64,000 bases of DNA from Okamejei kenojei (taxonomy: Eukaryota): NCBI GenBank assembly GCA_035221665.1, contig CM069142.1, positions 48,856,001-48,920,000 of the forward strand, in the 5' to 3' direction. Positions 1 to 12,849 of this stretch are shown here, one piece after another. Numbering within the stretch: position 1 is the stretch's first letter; every line of letters begins with the position of its first letter. A program made the translations under genes and the position numbers. The notes under the pieces were generated by a model. It worked only from the letters and a program-made list of their open reading frames with translations, did not search any database and was not told the DNA's origin.

Positions 1-409
1 GTAGATGCAACATAGGAAGCATCCTATCTAAATGCATCACATTTTTGTTTGCAATTACTCTCCCAAACCGTAGGAAATTGTAGAGTGGTGGATGTAGCCC
101 CTACCCCATCACACAAATCAACCTCTGCCCCATTGACTCCACCTACACTTCACTCTGCCTGGGGAAAGAATCCAACATATTTATTCAAGGAGGTCAACAC
201 TCATCCCACTCACTCCCTCTTCTCTCCTTTCCCATCAGCAAAGATGCCAGAGCATGAAAGATTCAGATTCAGAAAGAGCTTTTTCCCCACTGTTGTCAGA
301 CCAGAAAGGAACTCTGTTAACCAGGAGATGTTTCAGGTCGAGACCTTCTTCAGACTGTTGTCAATGTTCTCCTGAGATCTTGCCTGACCTTCTGAGGTAA
401 TCAATAACT

Positions 410-1164
410 TCAGAAGATTGTAAAGGGTGACTCTCGCCTGTCACAGGGTGAACCAACAAGTTGCTACATTTGGGGATAGTCATGAACGGCTGTGTCATCA
501 GTCTCAGGACCAATGGGAACCATGGCTGTGTGTGCCAGTCGGGAACTACCAAAACGCCTAATGCGGAGTCGTGCTCTATTTTGGTGAGACATGACACATA
601 GAGCAGAATGGGGGAAAAGCATAAAAGAACGTACATCCCCAATGTAGCGAGAATGCATCCATCGCTACTGCTCCCTGATCCGGTTCCCATAAGACGTATT
701 TAGGTAACTGGTGATTTAACCTGGATGCAACAGAGCTATGTCTAGCGATCCATACCAGCTGACAATCATTTTGAAAACCTTTAGATTTAGCATCCATTCT
801 GTGTTGTCATTGAATTATGTTGTCATGAATTTTAATGTGACATGGTGTCCTGCCACTTTCACGTTTATCTCTACCTGTTTGGGATGTGCATTGGAGCGTC
901 CCAATGTTTTGGTCCCCCAGTTAAGGGACGTATCAGATATTAAACTGATAAGAACAGATACTACACTTGATCTTAGCCAAAAGGCCAGAGAAGCGATTCG
1001 TGTAGATGGAGTCGCGCGGCTTGGTCCGTCTGAAAGGGTATGGTTTTCGAGGCTGCATTCTGCTCCAGGGATGAGTTTTAATGAGGCCGATTGTTTTTGC
1101 CTCATCATCCAGGTCTTTTTCTGGATATTAGAGGATCTGCACAAGGCTGTGAACCATGGGTTGA
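410..1164 (-). mobile_element. Duplicated fragment of the U2-bearing DIRS
   Basis: Near-identical to 12850-13601, with the same breakpoint after CCATGGGTTGA. Confidence 0.88.
910..997 (-). pseudogene. RNU2: U2 snRNA 5' fragment (nt 1 to ~86), 3'-truncated
   Basis: Minus strand ATCGCTTCTC(T)GGCCTTTTGGCTAAGATCAAGTGTAGTATCTGTTCTTATCAGTTTAATATCTGATACGTCC; no Sm site or 3' stem-loops. Confidence 0.93.
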
Positions 1165-2235
1165 TGCAGATATCCGACTCCAATGCTTGCAAAATGAAAC
1201 TACTTTTTTCACAAAACCCGATAGTTTACAGCCGTATGGCAATCTGCTGCAGTACATCGTGTCAGAGCTACACAGTGCAAATGCTGCTGCATGGGTAATT
1301 GGGGATAGCAGTCATAGAGTCATAGAGTGATACAGTGTGAAAACAGACCCTTCGGCCCAACTTTCCCACACCGGCCAACATGTCCCAGCTACACTAGTCT
1401 TTTTTTGGGGGGCAAATGCAACAGGTGGGACTAATGTAGAAGTATCAGAAATATTTTTGAAGACTAGTCAATATGACAAAGTAAGAATTGCATCAACCAA
1501 TCTGTACACTGCAGGTTCTCATAAACAACAACCTTTCAAATGACCAGATATGCAGTTTTAATCTTGTTGGCTGAGGACCAAATTTTGGTTAGAACATTGA
1601 AGGGAGTTCCACTGCTTGTTCAGATTTTGTACCCAAATGGCCGATGCTGGGATTTCAAAGTTACTTGCCCAAAGGTAGTTGGATTGATTAGTAAAGTTTG
1701 TTTGAGATGGTAATTGCAAAAATATTTTGTTTCACTGAGTGTTTCACATCAGCAATCATCTCCATATGAAATCATGCCCATCTCAAAATTTGTTTGGGCA
1801 TTTCCATACATAATCCACATCTTTGTGTCCAACATTTCTCCGAAGTTCGATGCACACATTATTGCATTACATAGGCCCATTTCCAGGCTTCCTAGCATAA
1901 ATGATAACTCACGACATTCGACCTATAACTGCTGCGGAAATTACTCTTACACGGCTATTTCATTAGGCACGGAATGCGCTGCCATAAAGGATAGTGGAAA
2001 CTATTTCAACTGAATCTTTCAAAAAGGAAATTAGATATATTTTGAAGAGGAAATATTTACAGGAATTTTTGGTAAGAACAGGATACTGGAACTAATTAGA
2101 ATAATGCAGCAAAGACATTTTCATGACATGCTCCTTTATAGTCCGATGAAAAATCACTTTAGCAATTCCCAGTAATCATTAATTATCCATATTATTACAT
2201 ATAAGTACATATTATTTTCAGGTTTTTTTCAATAC

Positions 2236-2280
2236 CTGTGATGCTCTTTGACGATAATATCACATTAAAAGTGCTGTTGC
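2236..2280 (-). other. Possible or degraded stalk micro-exon (G)NSTFNVILSSKSIT (copies at 11191-11235 and 14675-14719)
   Basis: Good donor CAG|GTATTG and open phase-1 frame with NST sequon, but the acceptor side abuts a CR1 fragment and lacks a polypyrimidine tract. Confidence 0.3.
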
Positions 2281-2500
2281 CTCTACTACCTACCCCGGCA
2301 GTTCATTACATATACCCACCACCCCTTGTGTGAAAATGTTCCCCTCTTGTTCCTATTAAATCTTTCCCTCCTCACCTTCAACCTGTCCTCTGTTTCTCGA
2401 TTCCCCTACTCTGGGCAAGAGACTGTGCGTCCACCCGATCTTTTCCTCTCATGATTTTGTAAATCTCTATAAGATTGCAGCTCATCATCCTGTGCTCCAA

Positions 2501-2813
2501 GGGCGGAATGGTGGCGCAGCGGTAGAGTTGCTGCCTTACAGCGCCAGAGACCCGAGTTCGATCCTGACTATGGGTGCTTGTCTGTACGGAGTGTGTACAT
2601 TCTCCCCGTGACCGACGTGGGTTTTCTCCGAGATCTTTGGTTTCCTCCCACACTCCAAAGATGTACAGGTTTGTAGGTTAATTGGCTTGGTGTCAATGGA
2701 AAATTGTCCCTGTAAAACGTGTCTTTAGGGTAGTGTTAATGTGAGAGGATCGCTGGACAGTGTGGACTCGGTGGACCGAAGGGCCTGTTTCCACGCTAAG
2801 AACTCTAAACTAA
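2501..2813 (+). mobile_element. HE1-type tRNA-derived SINE inserted in a CR1 fragment
   Basis: A-box TGGCGCAGCGG, B-box GTTCGATCC, CTAAA tail. Confidence 0.85.
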
Positions 2814-3911
2814 AAATAAGTTAAAAATACAGTCCTAGCCCTCTCCATATAGCTCAGGTCCTCGGGTCCTGGCAACATCCTCGTAAATCTTATAACATGG
2901 TGTCCAGAACGGAACACAATACTCTAAATGCGGTCTCGCCGACATCTTGAATAACTACAACATGACCTCGAAACACTCAGACTGATGAAGGCCAATGTGC
3001 CAAAAGTCTTTATGACCACCCAATGTAACTGTGGTGCCACTTTCAACGAACCTGTGCAGGGCAGGATGCCGGAACAGATTTATGGTGTCATGGAAGAGAA
3101 CATTTGTTGCAGGATAGCCAGCCATTGACTTTCCCTGTCAACCTTGATATTTAAGCTTTTTCTGCTAATGTTACAAGTTAATTGTAAACCGGAGGATGCT
3201 GATGATAGAGGGGTAAGCAGCCGGGTGACTGTGGTGGTGGGAGAAAAAGCAGGGGAATGTTATGCAAATTGGGGTGGGGGGTTGGGGGTTTGGGGGGTAA
3301 GAGGGATGCAGAGGAAAGGGAGGGACGGGGTGGGGGATATTACTTGAAATTGGAGAATTCAATGTGCATCCAATTGCTGGAAATCCTGCCTGAATTTCAA
3401 CTGAGTTGGAATTGCAAGTTGAATGCAAAGTGCAGTACTTCCAGTTTGTGTGTGGCCTTCCTCTGGCAATGGAGGAGGCTCAGGACAGAAGGTATGCCTG
3501 CCAAGGCCTACTGGACTCTCAGATGCTGACCACTTTAACACTTCCCATTCCCATGTCCCCCATCCTGGGGAGTGACGCACATTTCTCCCACCATCTCCTA
3601 GCATGCTGTTTACTCGGCACCATTCCGATCCTCTGTATGTTCATCTTACATTCCCAAATCCATATTTCCCTTTACCCTTCCTTGTTCCCCTCCCCTTGTC
3701 CCATTTCATCTATATCCCTCTCCTCATTTAACACCTCCTCTTGTTTTCCTTATCTGAACCCTTTTGACACTGTTTTCACCTATACCCTTTGTCACCTACT
3801 CTGCTCATCTGCAAATCAACTCTCCTCACCTATACCCACCTGTTTCTTAAGGACACAAAGTGCAGGAGTAACTTAGCAGGTCAGGTATGATCTCTGGAGA
3901 ACATGGACAAA

Positions 3912-4680
3912 GAGATGTTTCAGGTCGAGACCTTCTTCAGACTGTTCACAATGTTCTCCCAGAGATGCTTCCGCGACCTTCTGAGGTAATTCAAGAACTT
4001 TATTTCCTTTTGTGTATTAACCAGCATTGACAGTTCTTTGTTTCCATCTATCATTTCCCAGATATTATCCCATCCCCACCTCTCTTTTCTAACTTTCACC
4101 CCTAGACTCCATAGGCCAAAGAAGAATCCAGACCCAAAACATAATTTGACCATTCCCTCCACAGAAGCCTTCCCAAGACTGTAAGAAATTGTAGTGGTGG
4201 ATGTAGCCCCCACCCCATTACACAAATCAGCCTCTGCCCCATTGACTCCGCCTACACTTCACTCTACCTGGGGAAAGAATCCAACATATTTATTCAAGGT
4301 GGACAACACTCACTCCCTCTTCTCTCCTTTCCCATCGGCAAAGATGCCAAAGCACGAAAGATTCAGTTTCAGAAATAGCTTTTTCCCCACTGTTGTCAGA
4401 TCAGAAAGGAACTCTGTTAACCAGGAAATGTTTCAGGTCAAGACGTTCTTCAGACTGTTCTCAATGTTCTCCAGAGATCCTACCTGACCTTCTGAGGTAA
4501 TCAAGAACTTTATTTCCTTTTGGTTATTAACCAGCATTGGCAGTTCTTTGTTTCCATCTATCATTTCCCAGATATTATCCCATCCCCACCTCTCTTTTCT
4601 AGCGTTCTCCCCTCGACTCCATAGGCCAAAGAAGGATCCAGACCTAAAACATAATTTGACAATTCCCTCCACAAAAGCCA
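3912..4680 (+). repeat. Local direct duplication (~3912-4170 vs ~4425-4680) of Penelope-derived sequence flanking a LINE piece
   Basis: Two near-identical ~255-bp blocks about 515 bp apart. Confidence 0.75.
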
Positions 4681-5002
4681 CCTGACCTGTTGACTTCCTC
4701 CTGGACTTAGTATTTGTGCTCAAGATTCCAGCATCTGCAATTCTAGCATCTCTTAATTTGCACAAAGTCCTCATACACAAACAGTAAACCTGCTCCAGAA
4801 GTACAGATAATACCATTCTTCTCCTATGTTCATTTCCACTAATTTCATGTGAAAATATGCTAGCAACGATTGTCCTTGTGAATACAGAAATAACTCTGTA
4901 CTGAGGTTTGGATGTGTGATGTAATTATAGCTTGCTGTCTTGTTAGATTAGTCTGTGGTCAGTAATATTGATGTCAAATCCAAGATCCCAGTAGTCACTT
5001 AC

Positions 5003-5053
5003 CTGTATTAGCTTCTGCACCATTCCCGCTGAGAGTGGTATTATACTCTGTAG
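5003..5053 (-). CDS. Stalk micro-exon (A)TEYNTTLSGNGAEANT
   Basis: 51 nt; TCTGTTTGCAG| ... CAG|GTAAGT; phase 1-1. Confidence 0.7.
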
Positions 5054-5413
5054 CTGCAAACAGATTGAAGATTTTGGCATTAGTTTCTGATGCAAAAACT
5101 CCATTGTTACCAAGTTTTTAATGAAAGGAAGAACTCAATTAATATCACATCCATTACATTCCTTGCAGAACATCTCAAATAGTAGGTTAACTATAAGTTT
5201 ATAAAGAAGGTGACTGCAGCACTGAGGGAAAAGGATAGGGTGGAATTAAATGTTTCCTTCATACTATTAGCCAGAATAAGAATACATGCTTATTCTGGCC
5301 GATACCATTTTTCCAATAAACGATGTAAACAATTTCCAAAGGATCTGAAATACTTAATTCTGCTACTGGGTGTTCAATACTTCTCAATATTTTTATGATC
5401 ACATTTTCAGTAC

Positions 5414-5458
5414 CTGTTGTATTTGGTGGAGCTGTCGTCATGCTCAGAGTTCGGTTAT
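5414..5458 (-). CDS. Stalk micro-exon (D)NRTLSMTTAPPNTT
   Basis: 45-nt duplicate of 15399-15443 with intact AG/GT. Confidence 0.65.
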
Positions 5459-5744
5459 CTGTAAAGATAGTGGGAGATAGGAGATTAATGTTGCTATGCT
5501 TGGTTTCAGAAATGTCTTTGTAAAGTCAGGTTGTGTCACAAGTCAACAAGGGTCGTATTGCAAATGGGTTGAATGGAAACAGGCCACACTCCATCCAAAA
5601 AACACAATGATGCCTTGGTCAAGAAAGCACACCACTTCCTCAGAAGACTAAAGAAATGTGGCTTGTCCCCAACACCTCTTTGCAATTTCTGTAGATGCAA
5701 CAGAGGAAGCATCCTATCTGAATGCATCACAGTTTTGTTTGGCA

Positions 5745-8700
5745 ATTTTACTTCGGAGTCACGTGAGTGACTACGTGAAGAGCCCGCCTCACGCTGGTAA
5801 CGGCATGACGTCAACGCTGACGGCGGAAGGAGGAGCTGCGGTAAGGAGCAGCTCCTCGCAGCGGTCGGAACGGCCCGCAGGTAAGTGAACTTACATCGGG
5901 GCGGTTTTCAAGTTACGCTGGGTGGCTCCAGCATCGAAAGTAAAAGTAAAAAATTAAACGTTAGCGTGCTGATTGAGCACAGATAATTTAACAAAAAATG
6001 GAGAAATCGGGAAAGAAGGTTTCGCGGGTGAAGAGAGCCTCCCGGGGTGAAAGTAAATATACGGGACGCGAACCTAGAGTGGACCCGGTTTCCGATAAAC
6101 CGCTGGCCACTGGATTTACCCGGTATAGAATTTCCAGATTCTCCAGAAATTATAACCACGGAGGAAAATGCTCCTAAGAAAAGCAAAAAGAAAGCTGTGA
6201 GGCCGTGGTTTCTGATGATTCTGATTCTGAAAGACCTCCAGACAATAAAAACTATGTGGCTAAAAATGGAGCATATGGAGAAAGTTCTCCCAAAAATATT
6301 ATGAGACAAGGGTCAAAGTACCCACATGAATCCCAAAAAATCCCTGAGGGGTTTGAATATGATTAGAATTATGGCTGTGGGCCAAGTTGGAATATGATAC
6401 TCCCAGACCCACGATTTGGGCTGGAAGAAGTCTCATGGGATGATATCCCGATGGAATTAGGGCTGCAGAAGGCAGACCCTGCTGAAGTTGAAATGGCTTT
6501 TGAAAGCACGCCACAAAGTAAAAAGAAAAGGCTTGATGTGCCTGGGATAGCACAAGATTTTGCTATACCCGAAGGAAGTGGTGAGGCTATGGAAGAAAAC
6601 CTAGCTGCCAATATAAATTATATGGTATCTCACCAGCTTCACAATACTGTGATGAATGCATTATCAGAATCATATAAAGCACCAGGCAATTGTGCCTCAT
6701 TGGAAGTGCCTACGGTGAATCCGATGGTATGGGCGTCTATGACTCCAAGTATGAGAGCCCAAGAAGTGAAATTTCAAAAGGTGCTAAAATTATTTTCTGC
6801 TGCCATTACGGCATATGGCAGGCAAATGGAGAATCCTGGAAATGGAAAAGATTCAAAAAGATACTTTGGGCTTATTGTGCAATTCATTTTATGAGATCAA
6901 TTGCATGAGGAAAATGGCGATTCGGCCCATATTTCACCCTAGATTTGCAAGCCTGTGTCAAGAAAGGGAGTTCAAGCTCCTGGGTATTTTTTTGGAGAAA
7001 ATCTGCCGAAACAGCTGAAACAGTTTGGATGAAGAAGCTAAATATTTTAGCACTATTAAGCCTTTTTTTGTCTTTGGACAAAGAAGAGCGTTTTCGGCCC
7101 GAAGGGGTTTTTGATTTTCGTTACAGAGCCAGAAATTTGTCACGAAAATATTATCGTGCAGCGCAGGCCAGTACTTCCCTGCATTCGGGAAAGAGGAACC
7201 ATCACGCTCTTATGGAGAGGTATTAAAGACTTCTATCCTTAAAGAAACTGTGGATGAATCTCCAGTTGGAGGGAGATTGCAAAAGTTTTATAATGCCTGG
7301 CTTAATATTACTTCTGATCGATTTAATATTACAAGCAGTTTCGGGAGCTATTATTATTTTTAAAGAAGGGGTCAATCCTCCTGTACCAGAATAAACCTGC
7401 TTATGCTTATGTGTTTTCTGCAGAAGAAAGAATGGAGATTAATGTGGAAATTGACAAATTATCCGGAAAAGGGTAATTGAAACAAAACTTGTGAACATAA
7501 CATCAATTTGTCTCTAATATATTTCGTAGAGATAAGAAAAGATGGGTGTTTGTAGAATTATTCTAGACCTTACAGATCTAAATAAGTTTGTAGAATACAA
7601 ACATTTTAAGATGGAGACATTCATACTGCAAAAATACTGATTTCAGCAGGTTGTTATATGGCTAAGATTGATTTGAAGACGCCTAATTATTCTGTAGCAA
7701 TCATTATCTATTTTTTTCAGAGATACTTAAAGTTTTATTGGCAGGGCAATTATGGCAGTTCCAAAGCTTTACCAAATGAAATTGAGTTCGGCTCCTAGAC
7801 TCTTTTACAAAACTGTTGAAACCAGTTTTAGCCCAATTAAGAGCACAGAAACACATTGTAATGGCTTATCTGGATGATATTCTGATTATTATAACGATAG
7901 TCAAGAGTCAGCTGAGCACTCAATTTCAGTTACTAAAGCTTTGTTTGAAGAGCTTTGGATTCTTAATTCATCCAATATAAGTCCCAGCTCTGCAGCCAGT
8001 TCAATCAATTAATTTTCTGGTTTGTAATTAACTCAGTGACTATGTTAGTTTACTTTGCCAGCAAAGAAGGCAAATGATATTTTGCAAATCTGTAATTAAC
8101 CTCATTCACAAACCTTATCCCTCCATCCGAGAAGAAGTGGCAAAAGTCGTTGGTACACTGGTGGCAGCATTTCCGGCAGTGGAAATTTGGGCCATTACAT
8201 TATCAAAATCTTCAAAGGGACAAAGTAAGGGCTCTTAAAGATAAGGCAGGTCACTTTGACAGGCCTAATGCAAATTAACAAGGAAAGCAGTATTGGAATT
8301 GCAATGGTGGGTTGAAAATGTCCCACAAGCTGCTAAGAATATCATGATTAAACAGCCTGGAAATGGTTTTACAAACAGATGCTAAGTGCTCTCGGATGGG
8401 GAGGGCTACAGATTTTATCCCTCCAGTTGTGGAGGTAGATGGAAAGCTAAAGAACAAGTGTTTTCTTCAAGAGTATGGTATTAAACTATTTGGAATTATT
8501 GGGGGCCTTTTATGGCTTAAAGCATAATTGTTGTGCTAAACAAGGTCTGCATGTGTTAATACAGTTAGACAATAAAACGGCTGTGGCTTACATTAATCAC
8601 ATGGGGGGAGTTAGATCAGTAATCATGTGATTGTCTGGTCAATGAGATATGGGCAATGGGTGTATTGGCCGGCAGATATGGATTTCAGCAAGCTATATTC

Positions 8701-10749
8701 CCAGGTAAGGACAATGTGGTAGCAAATGAAAGGTCCAGGATTTTAAAGATAATACGGAATGGATGCTTAAGCCAGCAATATTTAAGAATATTGTTAGCCG
8801 ATTTGGGTTTGCCAGAAATTGATTTGTTTGCATCCAGGCTTAATCATCAATTGCCTCATTATGTGTCTTGGGAACACGATCCGGACGCAGTCGCAGTAGA
8901 TGCTTTTTCATTACACTGGGGAAAGATGTTCTTTTATGCGTTTTTCCACCATTTGCTCTGATTCAGAGATGCTTGAAGAAAATAGAGCAAGATTCAGCTT
9001 CCGGATTGTTGGTAGTGCCAAATTGGCCAACTCAACCTTGGTTTCCCAGTTATGCTGAATATGATTAAAGAATGGTATATGCAGATTCCTAACTGTAGTG
9101 ATATCTTGACTAATCCAGTAACAAATGAAGGTTACCCATTGTATGCATATATGAATTTATTAATCTGCAGGTTTTGACCAGACCCACTACAGGAACTGGG
9201 ATTGTCGGACAAAACTATGGAAGTTATTTGGCGCATCATGGCGAGATAGCACACAAAAACAATATATGACACATATAAGAAATGGGAAGAATTTTGCACA
9301 CAGTTAAATATTTTCTGATGATTCTGTGAATGTTACTCATGTTTTTGGAATTCCTTGCCAATTTGCACTTTGAGCAACATTTAAGTTACAGTGCCATTAA
9401 CACTGCACGCAGTGCCTTGTCGTCCTATTTAGGACTTATGACTGATGAGAAATCAATTGGTCGCATCCATTGATATCAACGATTCATGAAGAGAATTTTT
9501 CACATGAATCCGCCAAAACCTAGATATACAAGAAATTTGGGATGTGAGCATTGTACTTGCTCTAACTTAGAGAATGGACTCCAATTGAAGGGTTGCCATT
9601 GATAGGTTAACATTGAAATTGGTCATGTTAATGTCACAGGTCTCAAGCTCAAAGAGTGCAAACTTTACAAATGTTGCGTTTAGACTGTATGCATGTGACT
9701 ACAGATAACGTTGTGTTCTATGTTTACGATCTGATCAAACAAAGTAGACCAGGGAGATCTGGAACAAAGGTAACCTTTCAAGCTTTTCATATTGAGCCTG
9801 CTTTTGTGTGTGGTTAGACATTTGAACCAATATATTAAAGTTACGGACACTTTTCGAGGAAACGAAAAGACATTACTGCTTACGCACAAAAAGCCACACA
9901 CAAAAGCTTCAGTTCAAACTATCTCAAAATGGTTGAAAACAGGTGTTGGTTTTAGCGGGAGTAGACACTGATGTCTTCAAATCTCACTCCACCAGGCGGC
10001 AGCTACGTCCGCGTCGAAGGGGCGGGACGTACCTCTCGAGCATATTTTAAAAATCGCAGGTGGAGTAAAGAAGAAACTTTTTACAAAGTTCTACAACAAA
10101 CCTGATTCACACTATGAACAAGCTTTGGACACGCGTGTTAGGGAGCACTATAAATCACCTTGCTTTGTTTGCTATTAATTGCTATTAAATTGCTATAATC
10201 AGTTGTGTAGTCACTGATATCTTTTGTCACTTTGTAATCATTTTCCCTCAAATATAAGAGGGTATTATTAGATGGTCTCTCAACCATTTAAAAAAGTTAA
10301 TTGTGAAAAGATCTAACATTTGTCTGGTTTTCTCATGTATGTGTTTACTTAGCCGACTGTCGTACGATTACAAATTCTACGACATAAAAAAACACAGAAA
10401 GCTTTAAAAATCTTCACGTAGTCACTCACGTGACTCCGAAGTAAATAGTAAGATTGAACGAGAACTACCTGTTCGAAGTTTGATCGTTATTTTACGAGGA
10501 GTTACGATGAGGGATTTACGTCCCTCCACCTCCCACCCTCGTAAAATAAATGATCAAATGGTAGTTCTAAGTCTTTTTATGAGCCTTACTATGTTACTCC
10601 GGCTTTGGTGTTCTGTGTTTTTCATGCCGCTGCTTTGAAGTATGCCGTTACCAGCGTGAGGCGGGCTCTTCACGTAATCCCTCATCGTAACTCCTCGTAA
10701 AATAACGATCAAACTTCGAACAGGTAAGTTCTCGTTTAATCTTACTATT
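5745..10749 (+). mobile_element. Full-length DIRS1-like tyrosine-recombinase retrotransposon (gag, RT, RNase H, MTase-like domain, YR), frameshifted as assembled
   Basis: 35-bp ITRs 5772-5806/10642-10676; ICR 10412-10520; PVGGRL (~7262), YLDD (7867-7878), LQTDA (~8369), DNKTAVAYINHMGG (~8568), IDLFASRLN..FPPF..LVVPNWPTQPWF (8818-9050), HSTR (~9985). Empty site GGCAATTACTC at 15726-15736. Confidence 0.95.
10412..10520 (+). repeat. DIRS internal complementary region (ICR)
   Basis: 10412-10445 is the reverse complement of the left terminus (TTTACTTCGGAGTCACGTGAGTGACTACGTGAAG); 10446-10520 is a near-exact reverse complement of the right-terminal extension (~10673-10747). Confidence 0.92.
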
Positions 10750-10934
10750 ACTCTTCCCAAGACCGTAAGAAATTGTAGAGTGGTGGATGTAGCCCCCGCC
10801 CCATCACACAAATCAACCTCTGCCCCATTGACTCCACCTGGGGAGTCACTCTGCCTGGGGAAAGAATCCAACATATTTATTCAAGGAGGTCAACACTCAT
10901 CCCACTCACTCCCTCTTCTCTCCTTTCCCATCAG

Positions 10935-11950
10935 CAATTTGTTTGGGCATTTCCATACATAATCCACATCTTTGTGTCCAACATTTCTCCGAAGTTCGAT
11001 GCACACATTATTGCATTACAGAGGCCCATTTCCAGGCTTCCTAGCATAAATGATAACTCAGAAGTTCGACCTATAACTGCTGCGGAAATTACTCTTACAC
11101 GGCTATTTCATTAGGCACGGAATGCGCTGCCATAAAGGAAACAGGCCACATTATTAAAAGTACATATTATTTTCAGGTTTTTTTCAATACCTGTGATGCT
11201 CTTTGACGATAATATCACATTAAAAGTGCTGTTGCCTTTACTACCTACCCCGGCAGTTCATTCCATATACCCACCACCCCTTGTGTGAAAATGTTCCCCT
11301 CAGGTTCCTATTAAATCTTTCCCTCCTCACCTTCAACCTATGTCCTCTGTTTCTCGATTCGCCTACTCTATGCAAGAGACTGTGCGTCCACCCGATCTTT
11401 TCCTCTCATGATTTTGTAAATCTCTATAAGATTGCCCCTCATCATCCTGTGCTCCAAGTGCGGAATGGTGGCGCAGCGGTAGAGTTGCTGCCTTACAGCG
11501 CCAGAGACCCGGGTTCGATCCTGACTATGGGTGCTTGTCTGTACGGAGTTTGTACATTCTTCCCGTGATCTACGTGGGTTTTCTCCGAGATCTTTGGTTT
11601 CCTCCCACACTCCAAAGATGTACAGGTTTGTAGGTTAATTCTCTTGGTGTCAATGTAAAATTGTCCTTGTAAAACCTGTCTGTAGGGTAGTGTTAATGTG
11701 CGAGGATCGCTGGACAGTGTGGACTCGGTGGACCGAAGGGCCCGTTTCCGCGCTAAGAACTCTAAACTAAAAATAAGTTAAAAATACAGTCCTAGCCCTC
11801 TCCATATAGCTCAGGTCCTCGGGTCCTGGCAACATCCTCGTAAATCTTATAACATGGTGTACAGAACGGAACACAATACTCTAAATGCGGTCTCACCGAC
11901 ATCTTGAATAACTGCAACATGACCTCTCAACACACGGACGGATGAAGGCC
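10935..11950 (+). repeat. Deleted duplicate of ~1788-2993
   Basis: Near-identical segments, including the SINE-in-CR1 block. Confidence 0.85.
11461..11771 (+). mobile_element. HE1-type SINE (duplicate of 2501-2813)
   Basis: Same A/B boxes and flanks. Confidence 0.85.
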
Positions 11951-12157
11951 AAGGTGACTGCAGCACTGAGGGAAAAGGATAGGGTGGAATTAAATGTTTC
12001 CTTCATACTATTAGCCAGAATAAGAATACATGCTTATTCTGGCCGATACCATTTTTCCAATAAACCATGTAAACAATTTCCAAAGGATCTGAAATACTTA
12101 ATTTTGCTACTGGGTGTTCAATACTTCTCAATATTTTTATGATCACATTTTCAGTAC

Positions 12158-12202
12158 CTGTTGTATTTGGTGGAGCTGTCATCATGCTCAGAGTTTGGTT
12201 AT
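12158..12202 (-). CDS. Stalk micro-exon (D)NQTLSMMTAPPNTT
   Basis: 45-nt duplicate of 15399-15443 with intact splice sites and two amino-acid changes. Confidence 0.65.
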
Positions 12203-12849
12203 CTGTAAAGATAGTGGGAGATAGGAGATTAATGTTGCTATGCTTGGTTTCAGAAATTTCGTTGTAAAGTCAGGTTGTGTCACAAGTCAACAAGGGTCGT
12301 ATTGCAAATGGGTTGAATGGAAACAGGCCACACTCCATCCAAAAAACACAATGATGCCTTGGCAAGAAAGCATACTACTTCCTCAGAAGACCAAAGAAAT
12401 GTGGCTTGTCCCCAACACCTCTTTGCAATTTCTGTAGATGCAACATAGGAAGCATCCTATCTAAATGCATCACAGTTTTGTTTGCCAATTACTCTTCCCA
12501 AGACCGTAGGAAATTGTAGAATGGTGGATGTAGCCCCTACCCCATCACACAAATCAACCTCTGCCCCATTGACTCCACCTACACTTCACTCTGCCTGGGG
12601 AAAGAATCCAACATATTTATTCAAGGAGGTCAACACTCATCCCACTCACTCCCTCTTCTCTCCTTTCCCATCAGCAAAGATGCCAGAGCATGAAAGATTC
12701 AGATTTAGAAAGAGCTTTTTCCCCACTGTTGTCAGACCAGAAAGGAACTCTGTTAACCAGGAGATGTTTCAGTCGAGACCTTTCTTCAGACTGTTTGTAC
12801 AATGTTCCCTCCTGAGATCTTGCCTGACCTTCTGAGGTAATCAATAACT

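Noticed and set aside
738-1298. 186-aa ORF as a host gene
   Set aside because: It is an antisense read-through of the DIRS/U2 chimera, and the frame is not preserved in the duplicate copies.
1923-1978. Further micro-exon (also near 11071-11126 and 14361-14417)
   Set aside because: 56 nt with an in-frame TAA as assembled and a weak donor; worth rechecking after polishing.
2501-2570. tRNA gene
   Set aside because: The A/B boxes belong to a SINE head followed by SINE body and tail; there is no full cloverleaf.
8818-9060. Horizontally acquired phage or bacterial adenine methyltransferase
   Set aside because: This MTase-like domain is a known component of DIRS pol.
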